Shown piece after piece: positions 13,691 to 28,299 of a stretch of 64,000 bases of DNA. The notes beneath the pieces are model-generated. The model saw nothing but the letters and a program-made list of their open reading frames with translations, did not search any database and was not told the DNA's origin. The stretch is from Octopus sinensis (lineage: Eukaryota), in the NCBI RefSeq assembly GCF_006345805.1, contig NC_043000.1, positions 161,510,001 to 161,574,000 on the forward strand. The letters run 5' to 3'. Position 1 is the first letter of the stretch, and the number at the start of each line of letters is the position of its first letter. The translations under genes were made by a program, and so were the position numbers.

Positions 13691-13910
13691 AATATTTTAC
13701 TATAAAATTGGATTTAATCCTAAATCTGATTTTTTCCCTGTAAATTTGGATTTATTCCCTAATATTTATTATATATATATATATTATATTAAATTAGAGA
13801 CAAAACCACTATTAGGCAAATCAAACAATACATATGATTAATTTATATTATTTAAATATGTAACAAGATTATCAAAAAATATAATTAATATCCCACTACG
13901 ATCGTTTCCT
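13691..13910. mobile_element. PLE-associated head segment plus a second pLTR-like fragment with half a hammerhead
   Basis: 13691-13775 is the reverse homologue of 37135-37205; 13790-13908 is a variant of the arm (AGAGACAAAACCACTATT…) ending CCCACTACGATCGTTTC. Confidence 0.55.
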
Positions 13911-13922
13911 GCCTGCATATAC

Positions 13923-13955
<33 letters not shown>

Positions 13956-15232
13956 CATACATTACTTTTCTTTTTTTTATTTACAATGTGCATTTTCGTT
14001 GATTTTTCATATTTTCCCCTTACATTTCCACGTGTATTTTATATTTTCTTTTTGTAACGTATTTTTACTACATATGTATATATTATAAACATAAATCTGT
14101 CCTCAAATATCTTACGCACTATATATATATGCTTTGGTTATATGAAATCACAAGAATCGAGACACCTGAACTCTTGGGACACCAGAAATGGCTAGGTACG
14201 GTAACATAGAGCAACTATTAAAATAAATAGAATTGAATACATCAAGTGTTAGTGGAATACTGTAGATATGCAAACACCAAAGAATTTAAAGACTAGATCC
14301 TTCTCAGCGGTGGGTCCTTGATGTGGCGTATGTATAGAAAGTACGCAGAAATGGCTGGATTGCTTCAGTAAATGTTGGCTATATCCATGTCGATGTTTAA
14401 AATCTTACCTCTTCAAAACCTTACGTTTAAAATTTGTATCTGATGATGGTTGAGTATTTATTATACTATAATCTTTTATGTCCGCATTAAATAAATAAAA
14501 TTATACTGAAACAGCTGTCGTAAACTATAATCGTAAACTATGTGTATATTTGTGTGTGTATGTGTGCGCGTGCGTGTGTTTACGCGTACGTATGTATTTT
14601 TATGATCAAAGGGTGGTACACAAGTCTGTGTATGGAACATTATAAAAGTTAGCATTCCGATTCGCTTGAGTGTTTTATGAAAATATGCAAACTTAAGTGT
14701 CAAACAATTAAATCATAAATTTCTTTTTTATATAGAATTTGTAAAGAATATATTACTTTCCAATGTATTTGAAAGTGCATATTAAATTTTCGAAGCAATA
14801 ATTCTTTTAACTAAGGGGCTTTAATAGCTACAATTTACCGAGATTTATATATTACTTTTTGTCTGTAGATTATCGTCTAAGACAAATGAATAAGGAAGTG
14901 TGCGTGCGTGCTCGTTGCATGTTAGAAAGAATAAGAGTGAGACGCAAAGAGAGAAATTGGAGAAAAACTGCAGAAGGCAAAACAGTTATTGGGGTCGCAA
15001 AGTGGCTAAGTCTCATTTACAATATTTTTTCTATCAATCATTCAACATCTCTTTTCATAAATTTTCCCTGTTTTCTCTTGGGGTATTGGAGACTGAGATT
15101 TTTCGTTAAGCCTTATTCTCAGATGAGTTTGGAGTTAAGTACAAAGTTTGGAAAAAAAACTTTGTTGTTTTCGAGATAAATAGGAAATCAACGCTCAGAG
15201 ATAGAGGTGTGTGTGAGTGTGTGTGTGTGTGT

Positions 15233-15266
<34 letters not shown>

Positions 15267-15381
15267 AGAGAGTGATGAGAGTGATGAGCGAAAGAGAGAG
15301 AAATTAAAGAAAAACTGACAAAGAAAGAGAACAGTGTCTCGTGTATGTGGATATACATACAAATGTGTGTGTATTCAGAAG

Positions 15382-15517
<136 letters not shown>

Positions 15518-16029
15518 TGTTTCTTTATTAGCCACACAGGGCTGCACACAGACAGAACAAATTACAAGGTAGAGCTTTTCTTTTGGGGGTAAAAAAAAGG
15601 GGGGTTGGTTTTCGATCAAAAGGGATCGTAAAAGGAAAGAAAGAGAACAAAAAAAAAGGGGTGGATTTTTTTTAAAAAAAAAGGTTGGGAGAGGGGAAAA
15701 AAGGGGAGAGGAAAAAAAAGTTGATCAATAGGGATCGTAATCACAGAAATGTCAATATGAAGTGTAAAGGGGAGGACAGGTGAGGTTTACCCGTGGAAGG
15801 AAAAGCCTACGGAAAAGACCACGGTCAAGGAAGTCACATGTTATATTTCTTTTTTTTTTTTTGCAAATAAGCAACTCTCTGTATTAATTTTTACGGTTCA
15901 TAGAATCATAGTCAAGGTGGCTTCGTCATTCATACGTGCCATCCTTGCTACATTCACCCATCTTTTTTTAAAACATTCACTAGACAAAACTTGCCTCTCT
16001 ACTCTCACTTTCCTCTTGAAGTGATACTT
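15518..16029 (-). mobile_element. Second 5'-truncated Tx1-like 3' fragment inside (GATA)n
   Basis: Same 3' UTR and same junction (GATAGATATGTTTCTTTATTAGCC) as 10399; GATA repeats on both sides. Confidence 0.9.
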
Positions 16030-16055
16030 AGATAGATAGATAGATACATGCATAA

Positions 16056-16108
<53 letters not shown>

Positions 16109-17149
16109 CAGGCAGACAGACAGACAAACACACAGATATATATATACTGTATACAGACACCGAGAGCCACAAGTCTGATCAAAAGTTAATAACATTTGTC
16201 TCAGAATTATGAGTGTCTCAGTCGCTTGGCAATTGTACTAATTTCTGTAGGTCGATTACCCATGAGGCATAATCAGGTATTCATTTGCCACTAGTATTAC
16301 TGTGATTCATTGTTCAAGTTACACCATTGTTTCTCTCATTCAGATGACAAAATGAGTGAAGCAATATGAATTACAAGCATAAACGATATTGAAAATCATG
16401 CGAAAAATTTAAACTTACACTCTATAATAATTCAATTATTCATCGTTTGTTTGTCTGTCTGCTTCTGTCTTCGTATATTTTACAAATTCTCAGCTAAATT
16501 ATATTTGTTATTATTAATACATTCAGAGTAATATTTCAAATGCTGTACTTAGATTGATCAGCTTGACATTTTATACAATAGCTTCGTTGCGAGATATAGA
16601 TCAGTTGGACTACTCTCTATCCTGTGTTGGGACTTCATCAGTGGCTAAGTGAACTGCTTACTTGTCCACGAAAACGCTGTTTATGAAAGCTCTATTACTT
16701 ACAGCTTAAGTAAAAGAAATGTAGCGCATTCTTGGTTGCTACTCCGTCAAATGTATTTTGTTTCAATATTGTACTGTTTTGAAAAGATTGTCACCTAACA
16801 ATGTTTAAAATATGCTCCTATGAAGCTAAATAGCACAGACAGATGTAGGCTCCTAAGAGAAAAAATCACTCATCAAGAGAATCAAAAGACTTAATAGCTA
16901 AAATTCAACCATTTACAAATCTTTCACCAATGGCATCCACAATCAATAGGAATAAGAATAGTTGAGTCGGAAAAATATCATCCACACAACAGCACGAAAA
17001 CAAACAATAACAACCAAAGAGCAACAAGAAACCAAATGTGCTCTATTCACTTGCCAACAATCACAGGACTACTGTCTCACCCACTGATTCACCCTCGCTA
17101 ACAAATGCAGAACTGCTGTCGCATCCATTTGTTCGGTGATACATGATAA

Positions 17150-17705
17150 ATATATTTTCCACCATGTTGCTAAAGAAATGGCAGAAGTCCTGCAGAAATT
17201 ATATTGTTCTGTTTTTAACGATCCCAATGATGGTGTTGTAAGATACTTCAACGAACTTAGCCTCCAATATGTTATTTCTGACATGACATTTGCTGCCTCA
17301 GGCATCATTTCAGTAATAAATGAAACCAAACGTTATTCTGATAGATTTCCTTCTAGAGTACTGAAGGAAAGTAGACACATCCCCTCTAACCTCTAGAAAA
17401 AATCTTTAGGCTCAGAGTATATACCGAAATATTACTCATCTCAATCTGTTATCCCAGTCTTCAAAAAGGGAGACAGCTTTCTTGCAGTAAACTGTCGCCC
17501 AATCTCAGTCACTTCCCATATCATCAAAGTGTGTAAGGATGGCGAGATCAAGAATAAATGGCTTTCCTAGAGCGTAATCATCTCCAACATTCCAACCATC
17601 GTGGCTTTCGTTGTGACAGAGATTGCATAACACTTAGATGACATCCTTTAAGTTTGGGGAGAGGGCTTGAACACTGGCGTTATGTATCTTGACTTTAGCA
17701 AACTT
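17150..17705 (+). mobile_element. Decayed CR1-clade LINE, RT N-terminal region
   Basis: KEMAEVLQKLYCSVF; VIPVFKKGD…NCRPISVTSHIIKV; HRGFR; YLDFSK. Confidence 0.7.
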
Positions 17706-19969
17706 ACTAACGACTGTGTCTGTTACCCCAATAGTTGACAAAATGTCATATTGCTACAATGTCACGCTATTGGCAAGGCATGTTGTCCACGGACAACGTT
17801 AAACGTTCGAAAGTCTCGTACATCTTTTGTAAATTACATCATCATAATCAATATGACCATTGTCTTATTTGAGGAGAATTTCATGGGTTTGCTGTTCTCA
17901 GGTTATTCTAGTTTTACTACGATAATATTCAATACTAACCATCGACTAGAGTTCCGAAAAAAAATCAGTTATTAAAAAGAGGCACCACATCACCGCAATC
18001 ACTACAATCTACCTTATTTATCGCCATCGGCTTTGTCACTATTCTCAGCATTTCCACACTGTCATCATCATCGTCATCTTCATCATCATCATCAGCAGCA
18101 GCAGTAGCAGTAGCAGCAGCAACAACAACGCCATTACAATTGCTAATTAATTAACTCCATTTATTATCGTTTAAATGTAAGGTTCGAACTCATTACTATA
18201 TATCATTTAACTACATTGCCATTTTCGACAGTTTGCTAAATACTCCAAATAGCCAGTAATTCTTCCAGTTTCCCCCCCCTCTCTCTCTCTCTCTCTCTCT
18301 CACTCTCTCTCCCTCTCTCTCTCTCTCACTCTCACTCTCACTCTGTCGCTATCTATCTTTACCTCCCTTATACAATTATCACACTTTCTTACTCTCATTC
18401 TGTCCAAGTCCCTACTTCTTTTTCTCTTTCTCACTCTCCCTCTCTCACTCACACGCTCTCCGTCTTTCTCTCGCTCTTTCCCTCTCTCTTCCTCTCCTCT
18501 CTTTCTCCCCCTCTCTCTCTCTCCCTCTCTCTTTTCTTCTCTCTCTTCAGCTCTAATGAGATACATTGTTCGTAGAAATTATGTGATGGTCATGGCCTGG
18601 AAAAATTGTTACCAAGTTTATGCTTGGTGCATTGCAGTAGAATGTGAACTGCCGACTTTACCGCTAAATGGTGAGTGTCGTTGGTGATGGAGTTATTGTA
18701 GATTTGTATGTATTTTTGCCTGAGTATGCATTCGGTGGAGCCGTTGTGACTATGTGGTTCATTTAGAGATGTTGTAGCTTTTCTTGAAATGATTAATTAT
18801 TTGTCATTATCATCACTGTCCTCCATCTTTATATAATGAGATTTCCAGGTCGGAAGAAGTTGAGGTGGCTGAGGGTAGAGGTATAGTGGGGCAAAATGGG
18901 TAATATTTACGCCTTTTTATTTTGAGAAAAAATATATATATTTTACAAATGTTCTCTACCTTGCAAAAACTATATTACCTAAGCAAATAACCTTCTCTAA
19001 ATGTATTAAAAACACTAATTCATATTCGGAACACTATTTCAGAAAAGTATACTTTTTGAGCATACAAGAGACAAATTTATGTGGAGCAAGTTCATTGAAG
19101 ACAAAATAAAGTAAATTTCTCATTTCCATTTTACCAAAATTACATTTGAGGAAAAGTCCATACACATGAAAATCCATCCTTAGACATGAAAAAGATCAGA
19201 ATTGCAGCGAAAATTTTAAAAGTCTCGGTCAAATGAAGGAGGATCCTGGAAGAATGGTACCTAATATAAAATTTACGAAACCTGACTAAATCTAAAAACT
19301 AACAAAATATTTTCTATGGCATCTTCACAATCCGCTGGAGTGGCTCTCTTCCTGGCATATTTACGCACCATGCCATCAAAGAGAAGAAATTGCTGAAATT
19401 AGTCATTACTCATGTTACCCCATTTTAAAAATCAGTTTTTAGAAATTGCAAGTTACCAATTTAAAGAATTGTGTAAGAAAAACTTACTTAGAATCCAACA
19501 GAGAAAAGAAATTTTATTGTTAAACACTAAAAAATTATCCAGATATTTTATTCGCAAACTCAATCACACTTGAAGTAAAACTTTTTGACAAACAAATACC
19601 TGTGAGCTGGCTGTTTCATATTCTCTCAACTCCAACAACAACTATGTAGACCAGCCTTTGCTCCTAAGGATGAAGCGAAATAATGAAGAAATACTTGCAA
19701 CGTAATGACTTCAAACAAGGAAGAAATAACGACATATCATAAATTACTCATTTTCCCCCGTTCCCCTATTTTAGCCAACAAATTTTCAGTTTTCATTTCT
19801 TCACCCAATAAAGTAGGGATCCTTATTTACACATTTAACAAAACTTTACAAAAGTAAACAATTTTAAAGAGAATTTAGCAAAACTTCAGGAGGCCGATTG
19901 GACTATTTACGTCTAACACAAACGATAGAAATAATAATGATGATAATAATGATGTTGATGATGATGATG

Positions 19970-20009
<40 letters not shown>

Positions 20010-20011
<2 letters not shown>

Positions 20012-20636
20012 CAATGAAGGGTTACCACCAGAATAGGATGGAAATTTGATACCAGATAACAATGAAAGTCAAAGGTTTTTGGATTGACAAGGAGCACAAG
20101 AAGGACGCTGAATAGTTGCATAACTGAAGCAAGCAGTAGTCAGTCCAAATCGGGCAGAACTAGTAATTTCAGTTAGGGAAGTGAAGGAAATCAGCAAAAC
20201 AATTAGCAACTGGAAGGCCCCAGGACCAAATGGAGTTCAAGGCTACAAACAGTTGGTGAATGTCATGCACGAATAGCTGCGCAACTCAACACCTTGCTAA
20301 ATGCCGACCAAGTAACACCAGAATGGCTGACATTGCATAGGACAGCGCTGTGCTTGGAAAACATAGAAAACGGCAATACGGTAGACAATTACTGGCCGAT
20401 ATCCTGTCTGCCAATTATGTGGAAGTTATTGACTGAAATACTCGGAGTCAGTGTACGAACATCTGGAAAAAATGGAGTCCTGCTACATGAACAGAAGTGT
20501 TGCTAGTGTAAGTGCAGAGGTAGCAAGGATCAACTCCTGATAGACAAAACTGTACTTAGAGACTGCAAGAGGAGGAAAAGTAACTTAGCCATGTCATGGA
20601 TCGATTATTGTAAGGGGTACGATATGATCCCACACA
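20010..20636 (+). mobile_element. R4/Dong-like RT fragment (family B)
   Basis: NWKAPGPNGVQGY; YWPISCLPIMWK; DQLLIDK; MSWIDY; preceded by (AAT)n; homologous to 48030-48760. Confidence 0.85.
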
Positions 20637-20659
20637 TACATTTAAAATCTGGAAGAAAA

Positions 20660-23600
20660 GTAACGTAGATTTGAATATATCGATAAACCGTAACAAACTA
20701 GCCAACATTAGAAGATACATTCTAAAAAATATAAGAAATTGAAAGAGTACTTAAATGAAAAATACATTAGGAAAACGTAGATAGAGTTCATACCACAATA
20801 CCAAATAATAACATGAGTACTGGCACTGCAAAAGATACTTGTAACATGAATAACAAAAACGAAGAAAGTAACGAAACACAACAAGCCCAAACCGTAGGAA
20901 TGCATAAGGATGATCAATATGCACCAAACCAGGACACTACAGACAAAAATATAAACGGGAAGGAATTCAAATTAAGACTAAAAACTGGAAACAGGTAAGG
21001 CGGAATCCATGATTATTATACTCTAAAAATGAGTATAATCAAGGAATTAAAAGTCACAGATCTCAGTTGGAACCACCGATGGTACGTACCACCCAAAAAT
21101 TAAATTTGATAATAAGACAGTAACAATAATAAATAACATAAATCTGGCCGTCACAGAACTAATAGCAACAGAAACAAATGTCAATATGACCAAGTTAAAT
21201 TATAATATATGCAGCAGCCGCTGTGGTTGCAAAAGAGGTTGGATACTCCCTCAAATCCATCTAAAGCAGAGTATCACTATCTAAACATATGCTATCGAAA
21301 AATGATATCTGGAAAAAAGAAAAACAGAAAATAAAAGAAAGGATTTGTCAATCCTTAATGAAATTTGTAGGCGAACAACACTTCTAAGCAACAAGAAAGA
21401 AAGAAAGATTCTACAGAAATAAATTACAGAACAACTATAGCTGAGGTAAAAGAACAGCTGAAGTAAAATATTCTCGCTAAAGCACAAAGAATCTGTCGGT
21501 ATATGAAAACAAACAGTTTAACTCCAACCCCAAAAGATTCTACCAAGAACTTGGCAAAGATAAAATAGAGATCAATACAGCACCAACAGCAGAAGAATTT
21601 TGGAAAGAAGAATGGTCGAAGAAGGAACAACTTCAAAAAACATCGACCAAAACAACAAGCACAGCAGTTGAACAACTCTGGACACCTATAACGGAAGAGG
21701 TAACCAAGGCACTGCAAAACCTAAGCAACTGGAAGGCCCTCGAGCATGATAAGACACCCAATTTCCGGCTAAAACATACAACAGGAATACATAAGACGCT
21801 CGCAAAGAAATTGAATGAGATACTGGCCTGAGCGGTTCACAGATGGGAAAACTATCCTAATTCCCAAATATACTGGAGCGAAAAACGCACAAAGGTACAG
21901 TCCCATAAGATGTCTTGCAACAATTTACAAAGTCTTAACTGCAATAGTATCGCAGAAAATGGGTAAACCTCTTGACGAAAACAACTTGTTTCCACAGGAA
22001 CAGTAGTGCAAAGATTCATACGGCTGTAAAAGTCAGTTGCTGATCAATAAAGCCATACCTGATGACAGCCAGAAGAAAATTAGAGTCTGAATAAGGCTTG
22101 GATCGACTATCGAAAACTTTTTACAGCATTTCCCACACAAGGATCCTAGAGACATTAGCCATAAACAAGGTAGCACCAACATTAATCATAAAATATATAA
22201 AACATTCCATTAATAGATGGCAAACAGTGCTGCAGCTCCAAACTGAAGAGGGACTCATAAAAACTAAACCCACCCGAATTAGAAGAGACTCGCTATCTTC
22301 TCTCCTTTTCTGTTTATTACTGACGCCTTTAACTTGTATGCTAAATAGAACTGGATGTGGATACAACTGCTAAGGCATAACAATCAACCATCTCTTGTAT
22401 ATGGATGATCTAAAATTGTATGCTGCAAATGATAAACAACTCGAAATATTATTACAGACAGTACATGGATTTACCTAAGAAATTAACAATGAAATTCGGC
22501 TTCGAAAAATATGCCAAAGCAACCTTCAAAAGAGGAAAGCTAGTTAAGAGTATCAATCACATTAGGTAAAGCAAATGTAATAAGAGAATTAGTCCAAAAC
22601 CAGACATACAAATACTTAGAAATCAATGAACTAGATACGGTACAACACACACAAATGAAAGAGAAAATATAGAAAAGGAATACTATAGACAACTTAAATT
22701 AATACTTATAACAGAGGTCAGGTCAATGCGAACAACAAGATATAATAGTTGCCCCAGTTATACTTTACAGTGACAATATTCTTAATTGGGCTCTATATGA
22801 CATGAAAACAAGAAAAATAATGACAGGATTTAGGATGCACCACCCAAAATCTGACATAAAACAACGAAATTAAAGTAGTATATGTTTAATACTACTAAAA
22901 GACTGTTATAGAATAACCTCCATAGGATTACAGAAATATCTAAAACAACTGAAATTCAAATGAAACCTGGATCAACAAAAGTTGATGAAACGATGTCAAG
23001 AAAAGCCCTTACATGGCACATACTGAGATAAGCTAAACCGAAAAGAAATAGATAAATTTAGATTCCAACAACCGTTAAGAAACTCAGGACTCAAAACTGA
23101 GACAGAAGGATTTTTAATTACAGCACAAGATCAAAGCCTCCCAGTCACCAAAAACACATAACGAAGAAAAATACAACTGCAGAATAAGTGGCGATGGGGA
23201 AGAAACAATACCTTTTACTGTCTCTGGCTGTCCACTCTTGGCTAAGAAGGAATATATTTACAGACACGAAAGAGTTGGGACCTATTAAAACTGGACGTTG
23301 CACCATCACTAAGGAATGACAAAAGAAAACAGATGGTGTAGACATACTCCAGAAAAAGGTCTCAGAAAATGACAAAGCAACCATATTCTGTGACATGCTA
23401 ATACACACAGATACAAAAATCAAGGTCAATAGTCCGGATAGAGTTATCACAGATCGTCAAGAAAAAAATACTTTCTAATCGATGTATGAATGCCAACAGA
23501 TGACAATGTATCTCTAAAAGAAACGGAGAAACTCTCAATTACAAAGATCTGGAAATAGAGACAACCCGAATGTGGATTCTAAGACATTCAGGCAAATACA

Positions 23601-23806
23601 AAACCAAAATACTAGGACTTACTAAGAAATATAACAAGAAATATAACATACAGAAAAGAGCACTACTAGGCACCGCACACATCCAGCGTAAAGTACTTTT
23701 AATAAAGCGAAAATAACAGCACCAAATCAAACCACAGCACGTATCCAAGGCACACAGAGCTGCGCTCGATAGTGCAGTGAAAGCACGTGATGAAAATAAA
23801 CTACAG
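20660..23806 (+). mobile_element. Old near-full-length R4/Dong element (family A), many stops and frameshifts
   Basis: Collinear with 57059-60980 from KLANIRRYILK through RT (HLLYMDDLKLYAAND) to the RLE region and 3' UTR; followed by (AAC/AAT)n. Confidence 0.9.
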
Positions 23807-23826
23807 AATAACAACAACAACAACAG

Positions 23827-23857
<31 letters not shown>

Positions 23858-24429
23858 AATAATAATAATAATAATAATGCTTTAACGAGAATAAAAACTA
23901 GGCTCGTTACTTTCCTCTACAAATTCTTGTGTAAAGAAAAGTGGATTTGTCTTGTACGGATCATTATTTTTATAATTAAATCCATCTTTTTTTTTTGTTT
24001 GGTGTATGAAATTGTGTTTCCATATTCTAACCGAGAATATACAATTATACATATGCGTGCGCGTGTGTGTATGCATTTATGCGTGTATTTATACCTTTAC
24101 GTATATATACATTTGCGCGTGCACGTGCACACGCACACACATGCGCGCATAACATACATATATAGAAATATGCTTTACAGTAGCATGTCAAAATAACCTA
24201 ACGATATAACCATATATCAAAATATCATAATATACAGCAGATCCCCGAAAGCTTTGTTGCTGGTTTAGGTCTTAATGCTTATCTGCCTAGATAAGGAAAG
24301 GGGTAGCTAGATAAAGGAATGGTTGAATAGATGATGGACGGAAAGATGGGTGAATTGATGGATGAATAACTGGGTGGATAGAAGGATGGCTGTATGAATA
24401 GAAGAATTGATGGATGGATAGGTGAGTTC

Positions 24430-24449
24430 AGAGATAGATAGATAGATAG

Positions 24450-24520
<71 letters not shown>
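24430..24520. repeat. (GATA)n microsatellite with no Tx1 insertion
   Basis: Directly visible. Confidence 0.95.
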
Positions 24521-24523
<3 letters not shown>

Positions 24524-25552
24524 GGAGAGAGAGATGAGAAGGATACACAAAGAAAATTTTAGATATATATAAATAGAATATTGTAATAGAATTGCAAAAT
24601 AGTTTTGTACATACATGTGTGGTGAGGTTGAGAGCGTATGTGTTTGTGTATATTTGCGTGTGTGTGTGTGAAATATTATACATATTTTATTATGCAAGTA
24701 TGTTTCCCAGGAGCTATCATGTGTGAGTTGAAGCATACGTACAAACACACACACACATAGTATATAAATACACACATGAATCCATACATTCAAGCATGCA
24801 TGTATGCATACGTGCGTACAAACGTACACACACTCACACGTATATACATAAATACATTCACACATGCATGTCTTGCTAAAACGTACAATAGCACATGAAG
24901 ATAGTTATTGCGCCAGGATTCTACAATCCCTTGTTTTATCAATCGAATCCCTTTTTATTGGTAAATGTGAAGATAGATAAATAAACATGATGCTAGCTTA
25001 GAAGAATAAACTACATTAATAAAGTTATCGACGACGACTAGCGACAACAACGATAAAGATTTTGATGACGAAGAGGATGGCAACGCGGGCGGTGGTTTTG
25101 ATGCGCATGATGATCGTGATGAATGGGTCTTTGTTGTGTTCCCACACATTCAATATATTGCTTCGATTATTCACTTCCCAACATGCTATAACAACTACTG
25201 TAGTGAAATTATGTGTTCCCTCTCTCTCTCTTTCTTACATCGGCAATGCAACGGCTTATTTTAGGAATACGCAACTCTGTACCATCACTATTCAAACCTG
25301 CCCCACGTATTTACCTCACATATTGTATGTTGTAGTAACTCAGAGCCAGCCCTGATACCATTTTCCACTAGACATTCCACTAGACATGCATTTTCCACTA
25401 GACATTCCACTAGACATGCAGCATTTATTAACTTTAATCCTACCCATGCTTTACTTTCAATCAGTGGTCAAGCTCTGCCTATAGTATCTTAATAGTGGGA
25501 GATAATGAACTAGTAGTCATTTCGTCCTGTAACCTTAGTGGACTGCTATATT

Positions 25553-25810
25553 ATAATAATAATAAATGCGCCCTTTTGAAGCCTAGCCAGGCTCATGGGC
25601 CCGGTTTCCCGGTTTCTATGGCGTATGTGTTCCCCAGCTGGACGGGACGCCAGTCCATCGCAGCGTTACTCATTTTTGCCAGCTGAGTGGACTGGAGCAA
25701 CGTGAAATGAAGTGTTTTGCTCAAGAACACAACGCGTCACCAGGTCCATGAATCGAAACCACAATCTTACGATCATGATGCTGACACCCCAACCACTAAG
25801 CCACGCGCTT
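25553..25810 (-). mobile_element. tRNA-derived SINE with V-domain-like segment
   Basis: A-box TGGCTTAGTGG, B-box GTTTCGATTC; core shared with 9313/43701; then GCTGCGATGGACTGGCGTCCCGTCCAG (V-SINE-like) and a short (TTA)n tail. Confidence 0.75.
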
Positions 25811-26589
25811 TCGCGGCTGCTGTATCAGCACTGATTATTTGATTGTTACAGAGTGATTTAAAAGAATGATGCACTGAGAATGCTTTCTCATTGACTGAAT
25901 TAAGTAACAATAGAACTCCATCTCATCCTGACAAGCTAATCAATTACTTAGCTATGGCAGATTTGTTGGTTGAAGAGCCAAACAGAATGACTTGCAGTAT
26001 TTGATAAAGGCTCTTTATGTTCTTAGTTTAAATTTTGCCGGGATCGATAAAACAAAGATTCAGCCAATGCTGGTATGTCGCATTTGAGGCCTTGGATCTT
26101 CTCTAGAAATTAATATTATAAGGGTAGTGGACTGGCAGAATCGTTGGAGAGTCTCTCCTGGATCTAAACGAAGAACAAAATTCTTGAAGCAAACCCAATA
26201 TCTATTAATCGTGTTTGATAACAGTGGTAATTCCTTTGGTAGCAGTGGTGATGAATGTGAGTGATGATGAAGATGGTGGTGCCTAGGGTGGTTACCACCA
26301 ATACCACTACCAGTGGTAGAAGTGATGGTTGTAATTATGCATTTAAGCGGTATCCATGATGGGGTTGATGGAAGATGTCTTTGTGATAATGGTCAAAATA
26401 ATTTTATAAAAGAAAAATTTGCAGATTATATTTTTGAAATTCGTCCATCGTAATCCCAAATCGCAACCAAAGACCCTTAGCTCACGGTCAAATATTTTTT
26501 AAAAAGGACAATTTGGACTACGTAGGTTCTTAATATAAATGACAGCCAGCTAGCTAGTCAATCAAACAGAGTGGCAGACAGACAGACAC

Positions 26590-26597
26590 ACAGATAT

Positions 26598-26677
<80 letters not shown>

Positions 26678-26760
26678 TTAGATAGATAGATAGATACATA
26701 CATACATACATACATACATACATACATACATACATACATACATACATACATACATACATA
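26590..26760. repeat. (GATA)n(CATA)n compound microsatellite
   Basis: Directly visible. Confidence 0.95.
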
Positions 26761-27554
26761 AACTGACAAATTAGGGATAATCATGGATGGAATGCTTTTG
26801 ATTTTTGTCTAAACACAACTCGTACAGTTTGTAGCTTCTACATGTTGGTTTGATCTGTTGTACAGCATTCCTCAAATCTTTTTGCAACATCATATTTTTG
26901 TAGCCGTTTTGTTGCTGCGGCCGTTGAGATTGTTATAAAGCACCTTGTCAAACAAAATTGAGCATCTCTATAATGAGAATCGATGCTTTAGCCGGGACAA
27001 TCCTGCTTTTGGATATCTATGAATACTTGTCCAATATGTTCTTCCTTTCTGAAAAAAGTGGGACTGGTTTGAGGGAGTCTTGACCACTGCGACTGCAGGA
27101 AAAATCGGAAATGGATCATGAAAAACTGATTTTATTAGAGAAACAAACTAATTGTTTTGACAATACATACGCTACTGGCGCGTTAGCCTTTTCTTTACTC
27201 CATCGTGTAAAGACATCTGATTAATACAGATACTCGTTAACAGCTAACAATTATCAAAGATGAGCTAAGGAGAGAAATTTCTATGTAGCCACTCAGTCTG
27301 CCAGAAATGACAACGAAAGTTTCCTTAATTCACACTTTATCGCTTAAAGAAGGATACCTTGGAAAATATATTGGAAAATATATATTGTTTCAAAGCGAAA
27401 CTGCGCGATAGAATGTTTCTAAAGATTATAGCCAACACTGTATATATTGGCAAATGTAAGCATTTTGTATACATTGTATTCATGGACAGAAAATGAATGA
27501 TCAATCGCACATAATTCAATTCTCTTAAGAGAGTATTCGCTCAGACATGAAGTC

Positions 27555-27662
27555 CTGTGTACTGGAAGCTGAACACGTCGTTACCGGCGTGCCAAGCATA
27601 CAGAGCCCGGATTAATACATTAGTTAAGCGGTTGTTGACGGGAGTAATCGTCAATAACAAGT
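27555..27662 (+). mobile_element. Small Tx1-like ORF2 fragment (YWKLN linker)
   Basis: Homologous to ~29860-29965. Confidence 0.75.
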
Positions 27663-28299
27663 AAGTTAAGTCCACCAAGTCAACTAACTTTTACTCAACT
27701 ACAACTTTAATCTTTATGCTCTCCTATGCCGTTGACTAATCACGAATGCATCAAGGTGTTCTTGAAAACAGGGAATCATAAAAACCGTCAAATTTAGCCC
27801 AAACACCATATTTACATAAATGCGAACACGTGCGTGTATGTGCGTCGGAAAGTGTCCGTGAGTTGAAATATGCTAAGTGCGAGTGTTTAGTGTGATTCTG
27901 ACGAAATGCATGTTGCTTACATTATACTACTCTAAAGAAATGGGAATATATTATAATTAAAAGGCATCATCAGCTTAAGTGAAGAGTTCCTAACAATTTG
28001 TGAATAACTTAACACTTCACAAGTACACAACTGGCTCGTTTCAGCTGCCATTTAATACCTTCAATACAAAAGGTGTAAATAACAACATTAAGTCTGTACA
28101 AATTTCTGTAAGGGATTTCAGAAAAAAGACTTTTTTGTGTGAACCATTTGGTTGAGCAGGTGTTCTATATATTCACTTCAGAACAACTTAGCCTAGATCT
28201 CACCTTCAATAAATGTTTTTTTTTTTAAGCAAATGGATTCCCTCTCGTAGGATCAGAAAGCACAGAAAGCACAGAGTGAATCAACTCTGGTGCTTTGCA

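Noticed and set aside
25359-25418. 30-bp tandem duplication with 13-bp subrepeats (similar short duplication at ~40695-40740)
   Set aside because: Ordinary slippage duplication.
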